64,000 nt of DNA from Balanoglossus misakiensis (taxonomy: Eukaryota; Animalia; Hemichordata). The notes under the pieces are model-generated. The model saw nothing but the letters and a program-made list of their open reading frames with translations, ran no database searches and was not told the origin of the DNA. How positions within the stretch are numbered: the first letter of the stretch is position 1; each line of letters starts with the position of its first letter. The position numbers and the translations under genes were made by a program. Positions 35,153 through 47,700 of the stretch are shown here, piece by piece. The DNA lies in NCBI GenBank assembly GCA_040954595.2, contig CM082587.2:6685705-6749704 (forward strand), given 5' to 3'.

Positions 35153-35165
35153 AGGTCAAAGGTCA
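35153..35165 (+). promoter_or_regulatory. Perfect nuclear-receptor DR1 element (AGGTCA-A-AGGTCA) containing an NBRE (AAAGGTCA), upstream of DBH
   Basis: Exact consensus match about 585 bp 5' of the DBH ATG. Function is untested. Confidence 0.4.
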
Positions 35166-35749
35166 TTCGGAGCGCATGATTTTGGTTAATATATCATTGC
35201 AACATAACGGAGTGTTCACTTCAGACAGCCGACCATTAAAGCACTTTCAAGTTTTCTAAACAGCCATACGTCTTTGCTTTGCAATTTCATCGTAACAATA
35301 GCCGCGGTTCTTGGGCAGATGGGAAACCCGGCGAGGGCCATTGTTCGCGAAGATCACTTCTGAACTCATCTACGCCCGCGCAAGGCACCGCGTACCTACC
35401 TTCTATAGCGCCGTTGTTTTCGACAAGACAACCCACCTTGATGAAGACGGACGATAACTTTTAAAAAGCGGCTGTGATCAGGAGTGCACATTGTGGAGTT
35501 CAATCAACCCGACATATTCTTTACCGAAGTGACGGCGGGGAGAAGGATCTTCTTTGGACGCGCGCCGTATCAGGCAACCGCGGCTGTGGGAAAGCTCCGC
35601 GCTCTGTCGCACTCACGACACCGCAGGAGCGGGCTGTAAAACGCGCGACTCGTACCCAGACCAGAAAAAAATTGGATCTTCAGACACAAAACCCGAACAC
35701 AGGTATTTTTGTACAGTATATTCACGCGAAACCTATGAAATCACCGACC

Positions 35750-38700
35750 ATGTCCGTGCCCGTACTTTACAAATCGGTCTTACTATTTTTACTGCTGGCA
35801 CTCGGAACAATACACGCTAAATATTTACCACGTAAACTTGTGCACTCGCCGGACGATTTACGATATAACGCGCCGTTGAACGAGGACGACAGTATACATC
35901 TGTCGTGGGATATTGACTACAATAAAGAAAAGATCCTCTTCCGAGTGCGGAGATCGAAATTCAACCCGGATAGCTGGTTCGCGTTCGGTATGTCAAAGGA
36001 CGGCTCCGTGGCGAATGCTGATCTTGTCGTCTGGTGGCGATCGCAGAAAGGAAAATTGCGTTTGAAGGTAGGTGAGCCGGATTGCAACCGGAACTTGTTG
36101 TGTCCGAGCGGTTAGTCTTAAAGGCACAGTAGCTGTAACTGTGGGCTCTTTTTTTCAGTGTTTTGTTCTGTGTATCAAATGCAGGTTCTTCCTGTGCTCC
36201 CTACACCTGTGATATCCTATTTGTAAAACATACACTGCAATTTATATTGCTATTACGAGTGTCACACGTAGTCAAACCATCACATATAGGCAAGTAAACT
36301 CGTTCGATTCGAAAAGAGTGGGGAAATCCTGCCCATCATTTGACCATACCTATTTAAGCAAAATTAGGAGCAAGTCTTAAGAAAAAAGAATCCACTGCCT
36401 TTTTTTGGTGTTTGTGTAATCGAAGAGATTTGTGATATACAGTATGCGCAACAGCTCGAGCTACCAGTCAAAACTGTTCTCAATATAACTGGAAAGAAAT
36501 CCTGACAATTTTTGTCTTAAAGAACACCGCCGTTAATGGAAACCAGTTGGGTTTTATTCGAGATAAATCTTCCGAAGGAGTGGCGCGTCGGAATGAATAA
36601 TAAATTGGTCGCAAATTATACGGTCGGGCATTTCAGTCAAGATCTGGAATCATTTTCATTTACGACCACGCGCATCACATGGCTAAACATTGTTGAAAAT
36701 ATCACTCTGTGAGGTGACAATAATGTCGATCATGAAATGTTTGAAGACGGACGAGGAATGTAAACAGCATAAAACACCAGATTAACAGCTACAGTCAAGC
36801 TTTCGGTGAGATTGGTGTTATAATTGAAACGCCCTTTCCGACCTATTATCGAATAGGTTGCAACTGATTCCTTTCTTTCGTGAGGCTGGCAGAATTTCAA
36901 CCCCCCATGACGTGTTGTGCCAGCGACAGCGTGAGAAGAGTCACTTGGGGCAAATATACGCCTGCCACATCAACTACATTCGAACGAAAACATCTTGTTT
37001 ACGCGAACGGGTGACAGGAAAGTACTATATTAGACCACGTCAAGCCACTCCGCGTTGTGCAGTTCGTATTAATGTTTGCGACCTCAGGTCGATGTCCAAG
37101 GATGTAATTAACTATTCAAATAAACCCACTCGTAATAATGATTCAGTCCCGACTGGTCATTCAACAGCCTTTGTCAGAATGGAAATGTAATGTTTCTCGA
37201 CTAATGAATTGGTGAATTGAAAGCTATGACGATAATCATATGCTATCTATTTAGCTTGCACACTGACAGAACTGTGTGTAATACCGGTATATATAGTACT
37301 TGTAGTGAATTATATCTGTATGTCTGTCTGTCTGTCTGTCTGCCTGCCTGCCTGCCTGTCTGTCTGTCTGTCTGTCTGTCTGCCTGTCTAATATATATAA
37401 AGAGAGGGTAGTTGGAGAAACTAAACTGGCCACTTTATCGATGAAAATATGCTAGTGGCAGCTATCGGGGCTTTACCTGTTAGGACTGTGCCATCAAAGG
37501 CGACCTGCTGGTCATAGTGACATTTTTATTAAAGTGCCTTTTAAACCAACACGACGAATTGCACTCTATAGTATAGGGTCCTGAGAACTCCGTTGTGAGT
37601 ATCCCACTCAGCTAGATTGCCCAGGCTCTTGTCATGAGTGGCTCTCAGAACGCAGTGCGTATAGACATACATCCATTTGAAGAGTGCTCAACGACCGTGA
37701 GTAGAGCGGTGGATTCCACTAGTTGAAATTCTCGTCGAGCTGAACTCGATTTCTCACGGTTTGATGTCAGTCCGGGTCTCCTCAAACCAGATCACCGGAA
37801 TCGAGCGTGCCAGACAACATTATAGAATTTACGCCGTGTATATAATCTATAACCAGGTCTTGTACGTGTGTATGTAGGGCGAATATTTTGGTTGCAAAGC
37901 GTGTCACATATTAGCCGTTTAAGATCTCGTTATTCTCTCTAAGAATTTGAATAGCTGTTTTAATTCAGAGTTGTATCTTACATTACCGTGTGCATGCGTG
38001 TTTTCATTTACACACAGTTTTTGCTGTTTGGTTTGGACATTTTCATTCTTGAGGAAACTATCAAAGTGCTCCACGGGAGCTTGTAAACCGACCCTGGGTC
38101 ATTTGGAGCACGAGACATAGGGAGAAAGGGGGTCGGTCGTGTCCCGTTATCGCATTTCAGTTGATATTCAACGCATTCTGCAATGTGGAACACCGTCATA
38201 TTGCTTTAATTAAACCAAGTTGAAGCAGTACCAACGCCGTGAAATTCCTGCCGCCATGACTGCCTAAGCCCGTTTTTGTAATATCCGCGATACACATACT
38301 TTTAGATAGTTATTTTGTCCTTCATTTATTTTCACCCGGAGAGACGCGTCCGGCCAGGCTACCTTACTCGCAATTAATTGACAAGAAACAAAAAAGAAAT
38401 CGAACCAATTGTCTCAATCACTTCACGCTCGCATTCATCCAAGTATCCTTAAACTGTCGATAGTCTCAGTTGATTGTTATACTTCCGAAGTTTAATGGCC
38501 AATGACGTCTTCAAGGAGGCATGCCATGTTTTGCTAATGAAGTTACATGTATCATAATGACTGCATGTCGACCGTATACACTAAGTGCCGATGATACATA
38601 CACAGCAGACTGTCTAAGGTGCATACTGTCACGCTGCCGTGGCCATGTGTCTGTTATGGCGTGCGAGTGCGATGACTATGGGTTTCCCCGTTCGGAAAAG

Positions 38701-41700
38701 GCCTCGTAGCTGTTCCGAACCGTGCTGCCCGATTTAAACACAATGTTTAGAACGTCGGAGGAAGTATTTCTCATATCTTTCAAAGCAGGGCCACAAGTAC
38801 CTTTAGTCACGACCTCAAGCTTCACTTCAGTTTACTCGTACCTATGCAAATGAAGTGGCGCGTGAAAGCCACCTGTTGAAGCCACCAATGGAAATCTCTG
38901 TATGCAATTGTACAAGTGCCAATCGTTGATTGCCTGACAGGAAAGCAGTGTGTGCTTCATGAGCACAGTCCACTGATAACGAGGTAATCAATGAAGTAAA
39001 ATTTTATACTTATAAATGTATTTTAAAGGAAAACACAGTATGGTTAAACGTATATGTGCAGGCAGAATTGCCATACAGATTTGTATTGAAGTCGATGCGT
39101 TTTGCCATGGGACGAAATTTTCTAATCCAATCTTGAATACCATTTCTGAAGGTGGATTATAAGTTGTCAAACAACACCTGTTGGCCAGTGTTCACCATTT
39201 TCTGAAGAAATGGCATTATTGCTCATACAGTGACGATGGCTCGGAGACAACGTGTAACTGCAGGGGAAGTTCGGGCAGAGAGCGCGCGCGCCGCTAATGA
39301 CTATGCCGTCCGCAAATGGAACACCTCTGACCTGTATTGTCGGCTGGTGTAACGACTACTGTGTTGAGGATGACAATAATGCCATTCCAATACACCGCGG
39401 GCATTTCGGCGAAGGAACGGTGCCATGTTTGCGAGAAAGACCTTTACAGTAGCTATCGTGGATGTGCTATACGAAGGATCGGTGACCTTCTTTGCGGGCA
39501 TTGTTTCTATGGGGTAACAGCTGTGCATTACTACACCCATCATCATTCCATTAAGGGTGAGTGTCGTCCGAACTGCACATGCGCGACTTTCCTGATTACA
39601 AACACACCATCAGTATTGTTCCCGCTCTCCAACTGAACCCTATCAATTGATATACATGTTACATCAAAATGAATTGGAAATGAGATAAAAACTAACGACG
39701 CGTTGTTTGCCATGATGTATAGTACAATACAAAGTAGCAACCATATTGCTTTCAATGATGTACATTGTAGCAGTTACACTTTGTGTCTAGTTTGACTTGC
39801 TTGCAACGTTGTTGTGTGGAACCCATAGCCGCGCAGACGCGACGACATCCACCCTTTAACGCTGCTAGTTGGGTAACTGCGTTGAGTATTAAAACGTGAA
39901 GGATGTAGTATCTTTTATCGGCCCATAAGCATGTGGACAAGTGCGTGGTAGTCACACCAAATCATGCCTACCGTTCAAATAGCTGCATATATATGTTGCG
40001 TAGATTGTGGTCATATCGCGTGTCGGTTTAATTACGACATTGTAATGTTTTTAGATAGAAACCTGCAACCATATTAACTGTGAATAACACAAGCCGCGGG
40101 ATCCAATTAGCAACGGCTTCTCATATTTTGTCAGGATGGGGGTGCGGACGCTATGAGACGCTCAATTCTACTGTTGCTCGTCAGAAAGGAAGGAATCCCG
40201 TTGAATGCATGGTATGACCGCAGCTGGTGTTTTGTCTTCCTTTCGAATTTCAACTCACCAATTAAGTTTGCTGCTCTGTGACGTTATATCTTGTTATTCA
40301 AAAAGGATCAAAACAACCCGCACGCGAAAAGGGTCAGTAACATGTTGTACAGCACGATGTAAATTCCACGGAGAAAGGAAAACTTTGACACGGCTAAGCT
40401 GATTTCAAAACTGCCGGCTGCAGTCAGCTTCGATGGCCGTACCTCGGTACAATGGATGTGTCTATATACTAACAAAGCCCTGCTATACTGTCGTCTAATG
40501 TAAGGGTTACACTGTTGTTGCTGATCAAATTCGGATGTATACCTTTGTGGCGCAAAGTGCAACCCTTGTCAATTGTGTATTCTAACCCTTGAGACATTAA
40601 ATCCATTGTTGTTGCCATTAATTTCATTTCACACTGATTCCTAACCTGGGTTGAGATATCGGCCTGATATGGGACAGATTATGTCAAATTACAGTTCATG
40701 TACGGACTGAGTGTACAGTATATGAGATAGTACAAGCTTCTTTCTCGGTTTTACGCTTTCCTTTGGCAATTGTTTCATAAACTCCAAACACGGAACACAA
40801 CAACGATATATACCAGATTGTTCGTGAATCTGTTAGCATTGCATTCACGTATACACCCTCGCTATCACCGCCTTCCCCCAATAAGCCATCTATCTATAGG
40901 GACCGGACACCTTAACCTGCGTTTGACGTAGATAATTCCTAACGTTCAGGTAATTTACTTCGGGTGTAAGAAATCAGCTCTGTTGTCATGCCAACGAAGC
41001 ATCAATACTCCATGTGGTTTTGACAGGAGCTATAAGCGCTGGTAACATTGTAACGCAATAAGTTGACACTGCGCAGTGCACAACTTTAGATGTGTCAACA
41101 ATTCGAAATTCGAATTCGAACCAAATTCATTCACACCGCCTGAAAACTCACCAGACGCACAAAAGTTTGCTTTCATTTTAGTAGGTTTGCAAGGGCTAGT
41201 GTAAATTCAAGCGGTATATGCTAATGGCGTCAATTGTCAAAGCATTGCCAAAGTAAGCTACCTCATTTGCCTATGGAAGTTGAGAACACGTCAACATCAT
41301 CTGGTGTAAAAATATGACCAATCATAAAGCACTGCTCTTCTTGACGATTTCAACGCGTACAACAGTATGCACAGATTTCTCATTGGTTGAGAGTGACCTT
41401 GCGCAGTGCATGTCACCAGGTGGGTGTCACAAATTTATGCGCGCCACGTCATTCTTGTCACCACTTTATCTCAGTGAGAAAAACGTGGGATGACATCGAC
41501 GTTCACTACCGGAAGTCAGGCGTTGTTACAGATATCCCTGCTGCGCTGTCTTCGAATTAAACGCCAAGTGAGTATTTTCACCTTAAGTTTTACCCGCAGA
41601 CGTACTGTGCAAAGGTTAATGGGAAAACAGACGCGCACCTCTATATATAGACGGATGCAATAACATGGGACAACCTTATATTGAAAGTCAAATCATGCCA

Positions 41701-44700
41701 TGACATAATCTTGGTCTGAAATGAGAATCCCCAAGCTGAGGCTTTATTTAATCTCCCAATGCCCTGGGAGAGCACGAACATCGTTGTCCAGGGTCGAACA
41801 GCCATGTTACGAGCGAAACCGATCCAGGCAGTAGGCGGTAATCACTGCTGCTGCCGTGGGTATAATTTCAAGGACGCGTAGTCCGTGCCGAACTCAAAGA
41901 CCAACTCATTCAGCCGTATCATTACCGACAAAAAAATTGCACGGCACTGGTTTTGAGAAGAAAAGCAATTACGCGTGACATTCTGGCTAGGGTTCAGTTC
42001 TTCGAGTTTTATTACCACAAACACGACTGAAGCAAAGCGTAGTTGTTATTGCCTTACTTCTACAACCCCCTCAATGCTAGTCGGGTATAGAACTTATAAC
42101 TCTGTAATTAAAACATTATTGGACATGGCGGAGTGGCCGTTTTTGTAAATTATACCACCATCTTATCAAGAAAGAACAAACAAATACTAAATACGCTCCA
42201 GTCTAGTCAAGTCACTGAGGACGGCTAGCTAACATTATTTCGATTTGCATTTTTCGTTTACGGGCAGTGGACGGGATTAAACGGCGGTCTAATTCTAGAC
42301 ATTCTTCTCATTCGTAGACACAAGGTGACTGGAGCTATCCCTGTTTACAGATGTTTCTGGTTTGTAGATATCGCGTTATGAGGAGGCTCTCGAGTATTGA
42401 GTGTCGCTCTGATTGAGACAGACCTGTGTGGACTTTTCTATCAATCAGAGACCGGTGCTTGCTCGTTTAGGGTGGAACCATTTGGTATCCGTGGGGGTGT
42501 GGAGAAAAATAATTGTTAGCAGATGGTGCGGGGGAATATCTTCTGTAATGCCTTGAGTAATAAGTAGGACTGGCAATAATTAAAAAAAATGTGACTGAAA
42601 AAAATTCCTGACATAAACAAATCCTCTACCCCCTCCCAGAAATCAGATGGTTTTCCCCTTATAACTTCGATCCGCGTTTAATGCCCGGTAGTATTAAGCA
42701 TGAAACCTACGCTAATCCACATCTCGGCCCACTAGGGGTAGTTCATTTATACCGCCGTGTCTCCAGTCTCACCGGGCTCGTTCATTCGCCCCGTTTTCAT
42801 ATCGCATTCGCCAATACATGTCTCACGGAATGCAAGAGAGAGAGAGAGAGTAAATGATTGCAGTCATGCTGTCGTAATCTTGGATTGATTAGCCGTTGGT
42901 TTTTCCTAGCGCCGTGCGAGTGTGACCCTGGGGCCAGCCGCTGCCCTGTAAAACTAACCCGCCCGACCGATGACAAATTCTTGCCATGATTATCTCTTCC
43001 CGCCCAAGACTGTATTTCTCTCTTTTTTTGCGTCTACTCTCAAATGAGCTTGGAAATATCAGTAGTTCGCAGTCGAGATAATGACGTCACAGTCACGAAT
43101 ATTCGTGAAAACGGTCGTATCGTCACGCACAAGTTACAGAGACATTGCGCAGAACTTTCGCGTTGCTATGAGACGGACATCACTCTGACATGGCCCGAGG
43201 AGGTCCATGGTTTCCCCCACCACTGTTTTGCACACAGCTACCACGTTTCCCGCCCATTTTTGTGCGTTCTTTGAACCTTGGATTCAGTCAAAGCGTTCCG
43301 GCACTGCCACCATCGTTAAACTTTACTCTTTATAAGCAATAAACGGTATGACGTCACCCAACGGTCGTTTCTCCGCCTGGCACTACACCGTGTAATGTTA
43401 CTTTTTCGTCCTGTGATGACACCGTGTTGTCGAATCTTGTTTGCGTTAACGGTTAAACATGTAAGCGTCTGTATCAAGTACCACGCAGTGCTGCTGATGA
43501 ACATTCCTGTTGTCACTCACAGCAGTCTTAAACAACGCAACGTATTGATGTAATGTCAATGCGTAAATGGCAAAAACAAAGTTCACGGTATCATTCAAGC
43601 CATGTGTGGTCATCATATGAGTTACTTATATTATTGATTTGGAGAAAATATTTAATGGATTTTGACATTAAAAAGAGAGATTTTGTCCCTTTAACTAAAT
43701 TGTATCTGGCTACACAGGGCGATAGTAGCTGAAAATCGCTGTACAAGCACTTAAAAGGGTGTCCAAAATAGCATGCGCATTGGCAAAGGAGACACAAGTA
43801 GACAAGTATCAGATGCTGCGGCAGATGAAGTGTATGACAATGCAGGATGACGATATGCTGGAGGAATGCATAATTGCCATGATCCAATGAATCAATAATG
43901 TTCCTCGCAGATGTGCGCAGTTTCAATGGCGCTTGAACAGGTGTTGATGTCAGTGAGAGGGGGGCGGAGGATAATCAAATCTGGAACGAATTTAACGCGA
44001 CTTCCGTTTTGAAATCGCGTTAATCTCGTGCCTCTATGCGTACTGCCTTAAACATAAAAAATTGGCTACAACATCAACCCCATCTATAATTACAAGAACG
44101 GGTGTAACTAGGACAACGTGGGTCAGCTGACCCACTTTTCTGTGTGGATTGGTGTCAGTAGTCTCTTCGGACTTTTGTTGTAGGCGTGGACAAACCCAGT
44201 ATCGTGTTGAAACTAGGTTGATTGATTGCTTCGTTACGGGCCTTCTGAGCTGACGACGTCGTCAACTTGTGCGTTTATGTAAATGTAGATGCAAGCAAGC
44301 AGTGTTGATGCCATTTTTATTGCACAGGGCACATCAATCTTCCCAGTTTATCGTTTTTTCTCGCGTATACTTTGTTTGATATCCTCTGGGTCACTGGATT
44401 TACAAACAACAAAACATTAAAGCAACGAGACAGTACATACGAATGAACTATAGACTGATAAAGTTTCGAAAAAAAACTTTTCGGCCATACACCGTGCACT
44501 GCAGCCCGAGAAAAGTAATTTTATTCGGACACATCAACACTGTAAGCAGCAAGTCAGTTGTTTCCAATAGACGATTTGCTGCTCGTTGCGAGATCTCGCG
44601 AGATTTGGTTAATTACGTCAGCAAGGGTTTGAGAGCCATGTAATACAAGACAAGCTTTGTATGACACTAGAGTGACTTTTGTGTCGTTTAAAAAATGATG

Positions 44701-47700
44701 GGACATGTGTTGTTTGTCCTGGGAGCCGTGTTGTTTGTCCTCAGTGTGTCGCATGTGAATGTCCTCCCGTATAGACTGTCTGGACACGAGAGTTCAGGCA
44801 GGGTCTCGTTGAGTTCGGAGAATGGTCCCTTGTTGTTTTATTAAACCAAATGACACTGTAACGTTTCCCGTTTATAAACAGGACACGTGGACGGACGGAG
44901 ATGGTATTGTGCATATTGATCAACAACAAAGTGTCCGACTGGTCGGCCGTTCACAAAACACAACGACAGAGGTCGTCAGCCTGAAAAGAAAATTTGACAA
45001 TTGTGATACGCGTGATTACGTCATAGAGGTATGGGGAGTAGCTTGACTTTCAATACATGAAATTCGTAAAAGCATGATGTTGAGAGGGAGGGAGAGAGTG
45101 AGTGAGTGAGTGAGTGAGTGAGTGAGTGAGTGAGTGAGTGAGTGAGTGAGTGAGTGAGAGAGAAAGACAGAGAGACACATAGACAGAGTGTGTGTGTGTG
45201 AGAGAGAGAGAGAGAGACAGACTGACTGACATAGACAGAGAAAATGGAGCAAGTTAGCGTTTATTACATTTTATCCTTTCTTTCGTTTCACAGGGTGGAA
45301 CAGTAGATATCATTTATGTCATCGGAGAGGACAGAATTTCTTCACCTAGTGGTCTTAATGTTTCTGACTATCAAAGCGGAATGCAGCGAGTTCAACTGCT
45401 GAAAAGCCAAGTGCCCGTGCCTTCACTACCTGACGATACACACATCTTGGACATCTTGGCACCTGACGTAAGCTTTTGGCAATTGTAGTAAAAACACTTG
45501 ATCGTTCCACGGGATTTCGACCTGTGAATGGCGTTTAAGAACATTTAAGACAGCTTTAACAACCAATCGATCAATTAATCGATTAATCGACCAACTAATC
45601 CGTCATTCTACACATTATCAACAAACGAAGAAAAATGTCTGTAAAGCTTGGTGCTCGGCCAAACAGTCAATACGAGCGCTATGAAAGTGAAACCCGAGTT
45701 AACTAACTATCCATAATTCACTCCTATTTTGTCTCTACGACACCGCTGTACGATATAAAGTTGTACTTTTATCGTTTTCATCGACATCATTTTTTGAAAA
45801 GGCGATATATACCCATGACATCACCAATACATATACACGTATGGGCAGTTATGAAAAAAAATGTGAATTTTTAAAGAACGTTTTCTTTATCGATATAGGT
45901 ACACGTTCCAGATACATTAACCACATACTGGTGTAGTACCCACCGGTTGCCAGAGTTACCGGACAAAAATCACATCATAAGGGTATGTTGATTTTTTTTT
46001 TTTATCTAAATGAAAATCACATTATCTGCTGGCTATAGGAACGTGTTGTATACTCGGCACCAAGAGTATCGTCCATTTCTCTCTTACCTTGAAACGTAAA
46101 AATAATTTCAATCTATAATTGATAGAAAACATAAAAACCGACATAAGAGCTAGTGGAAAATTATGCAGAATATGCAAATACCAGCCTGAGATTGGTTGGC
46201 ACCCCATACTACAACTACCAACATGGCCATTTATAGTTCAAATAAATTAAGTTATTGTTAAAAGGTTTAACATTGTGTTTTTGTTGTTCTGTTTTACAGT
46301 TTGAAAGTGTGATTAGCCCAGAAAGTGTAGGTACAGTTCACCACATGGAGGTATTCTTATGTGAGCATGACGTCATCAGTATGTACAACGCCCCCTGTGA
46401 GACAGAAAGCAAACCGAAAGCAATAGAATCCTGTAAGCACGTCTTGGGCGCATGGGCAATGGGCGCAGAGGTGAGTCCATAATTTTGCGGTTGGAATGTT
46501 TGAACCCAATATATTTGGGCAAGGAAACAACAGTCGATTCAAATTTGCACCAAGGGTTAGTGCAACTTGGTTCATACGTGTAATAGCTCGGATGTTAAAC
46601 GATTGAAGCTTTATAAACTTTGAAGCGTGTGTCTGTTCACCTCTGCAGCCATTTTCCTATCCAAAAGAGGCCGGCGTTGCCTTTGGTGGTCCGGGATTCC
46701 CCAAATACGCCGTATTGGAGGTTCACTATAACAACGTTGGACAAAGAGCAGGTATAGTGCCTCATGTAATATAGTCTCGGTTACCCAGACTACCACTTTC
46801 ATGAACCCTCTATGACCTCATATCCATGTACTTCCGGTGGTGTGGGGTTATCAAAATTCGTCATTTCGGTAGAGGAAATACGCGATATATTGTCCGAAAA
46901 AGAGTCGGCTTGCTAATTCAGTACGTAATTCATTGACTACCGCTGTAGTTCTCTAGTATTGTATGGGTTTAGATCAAAATGATGGATTCATACCAACGGA
47001 AGTACATGTACGAGGATGTAAGGTCATGAAGGGGTCATGAAAATGGCCTACAGTGTACTTGAGAACGGTCGCGGGGTGTCGTCTGCACCACAGACAATTT
47101 CTGTTCGCCCGTCTATAGCCATGGGTGACGCACAATCGACTGTGAAAGTTGACATACTTCATCCCCATTGCAAGATGAATGCGGCCAGTAATTCAAATAC
47201 ACCATTTCCCTTGCAGATTTAATCGACCAATCCGGGATTCGTTTCTACTACACACCAACGCTGCGCCCTCACGACGCAGGCATCATGGAGCTTGGTCTGA
47301 TCTACACGCCCAAGATGGCCATACCACCGCAGAGTGACGGCTTTGTGTTGAATGGGTTCTGCTCGCCGGAATGTTCCAGCGAGGTATTACTGTATTCTTT
47401 AGATAGTACTCGCCATGGATTTTCAGAAAAATTGACAGTAGTCCATATCTTTCAATTCTTTGGTATATTATAGTGTGTGGGGAATCATGTTTGATCACAA
47501 ACAGGGTGTTCACCGTCCTGTTTATAAAAAAATCACTAATTTGATTTTTTTTGTATAGAGTTAAAGGCACGTAAGCTGCAACTGGATAAAAAATCAATGT
47601 TTTAAATAATCTCATATATGCTTTTAATTATATATATTAAATGCTATTTCATGATAATATATCAAGCTCAACACTTATTTATGACAAAATGGCCAAAAAT

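Noticed and set aside
35474-35734. N-terminal extension of the DBH exon-1 ORF from a GTG start
   Set aside because: Non-ATG start. The signal peptide begins at the ATGs at 35735/35750, so the upstream part is most likely promoter or 5' UTR.
36068-44881. Nested gene in the 8.8-kb DBH intron 1 (many 60-110 aa ORFs)
   Set aside because: No ORF shows codon bias, recognisable motifs or a consistent spliced chain.
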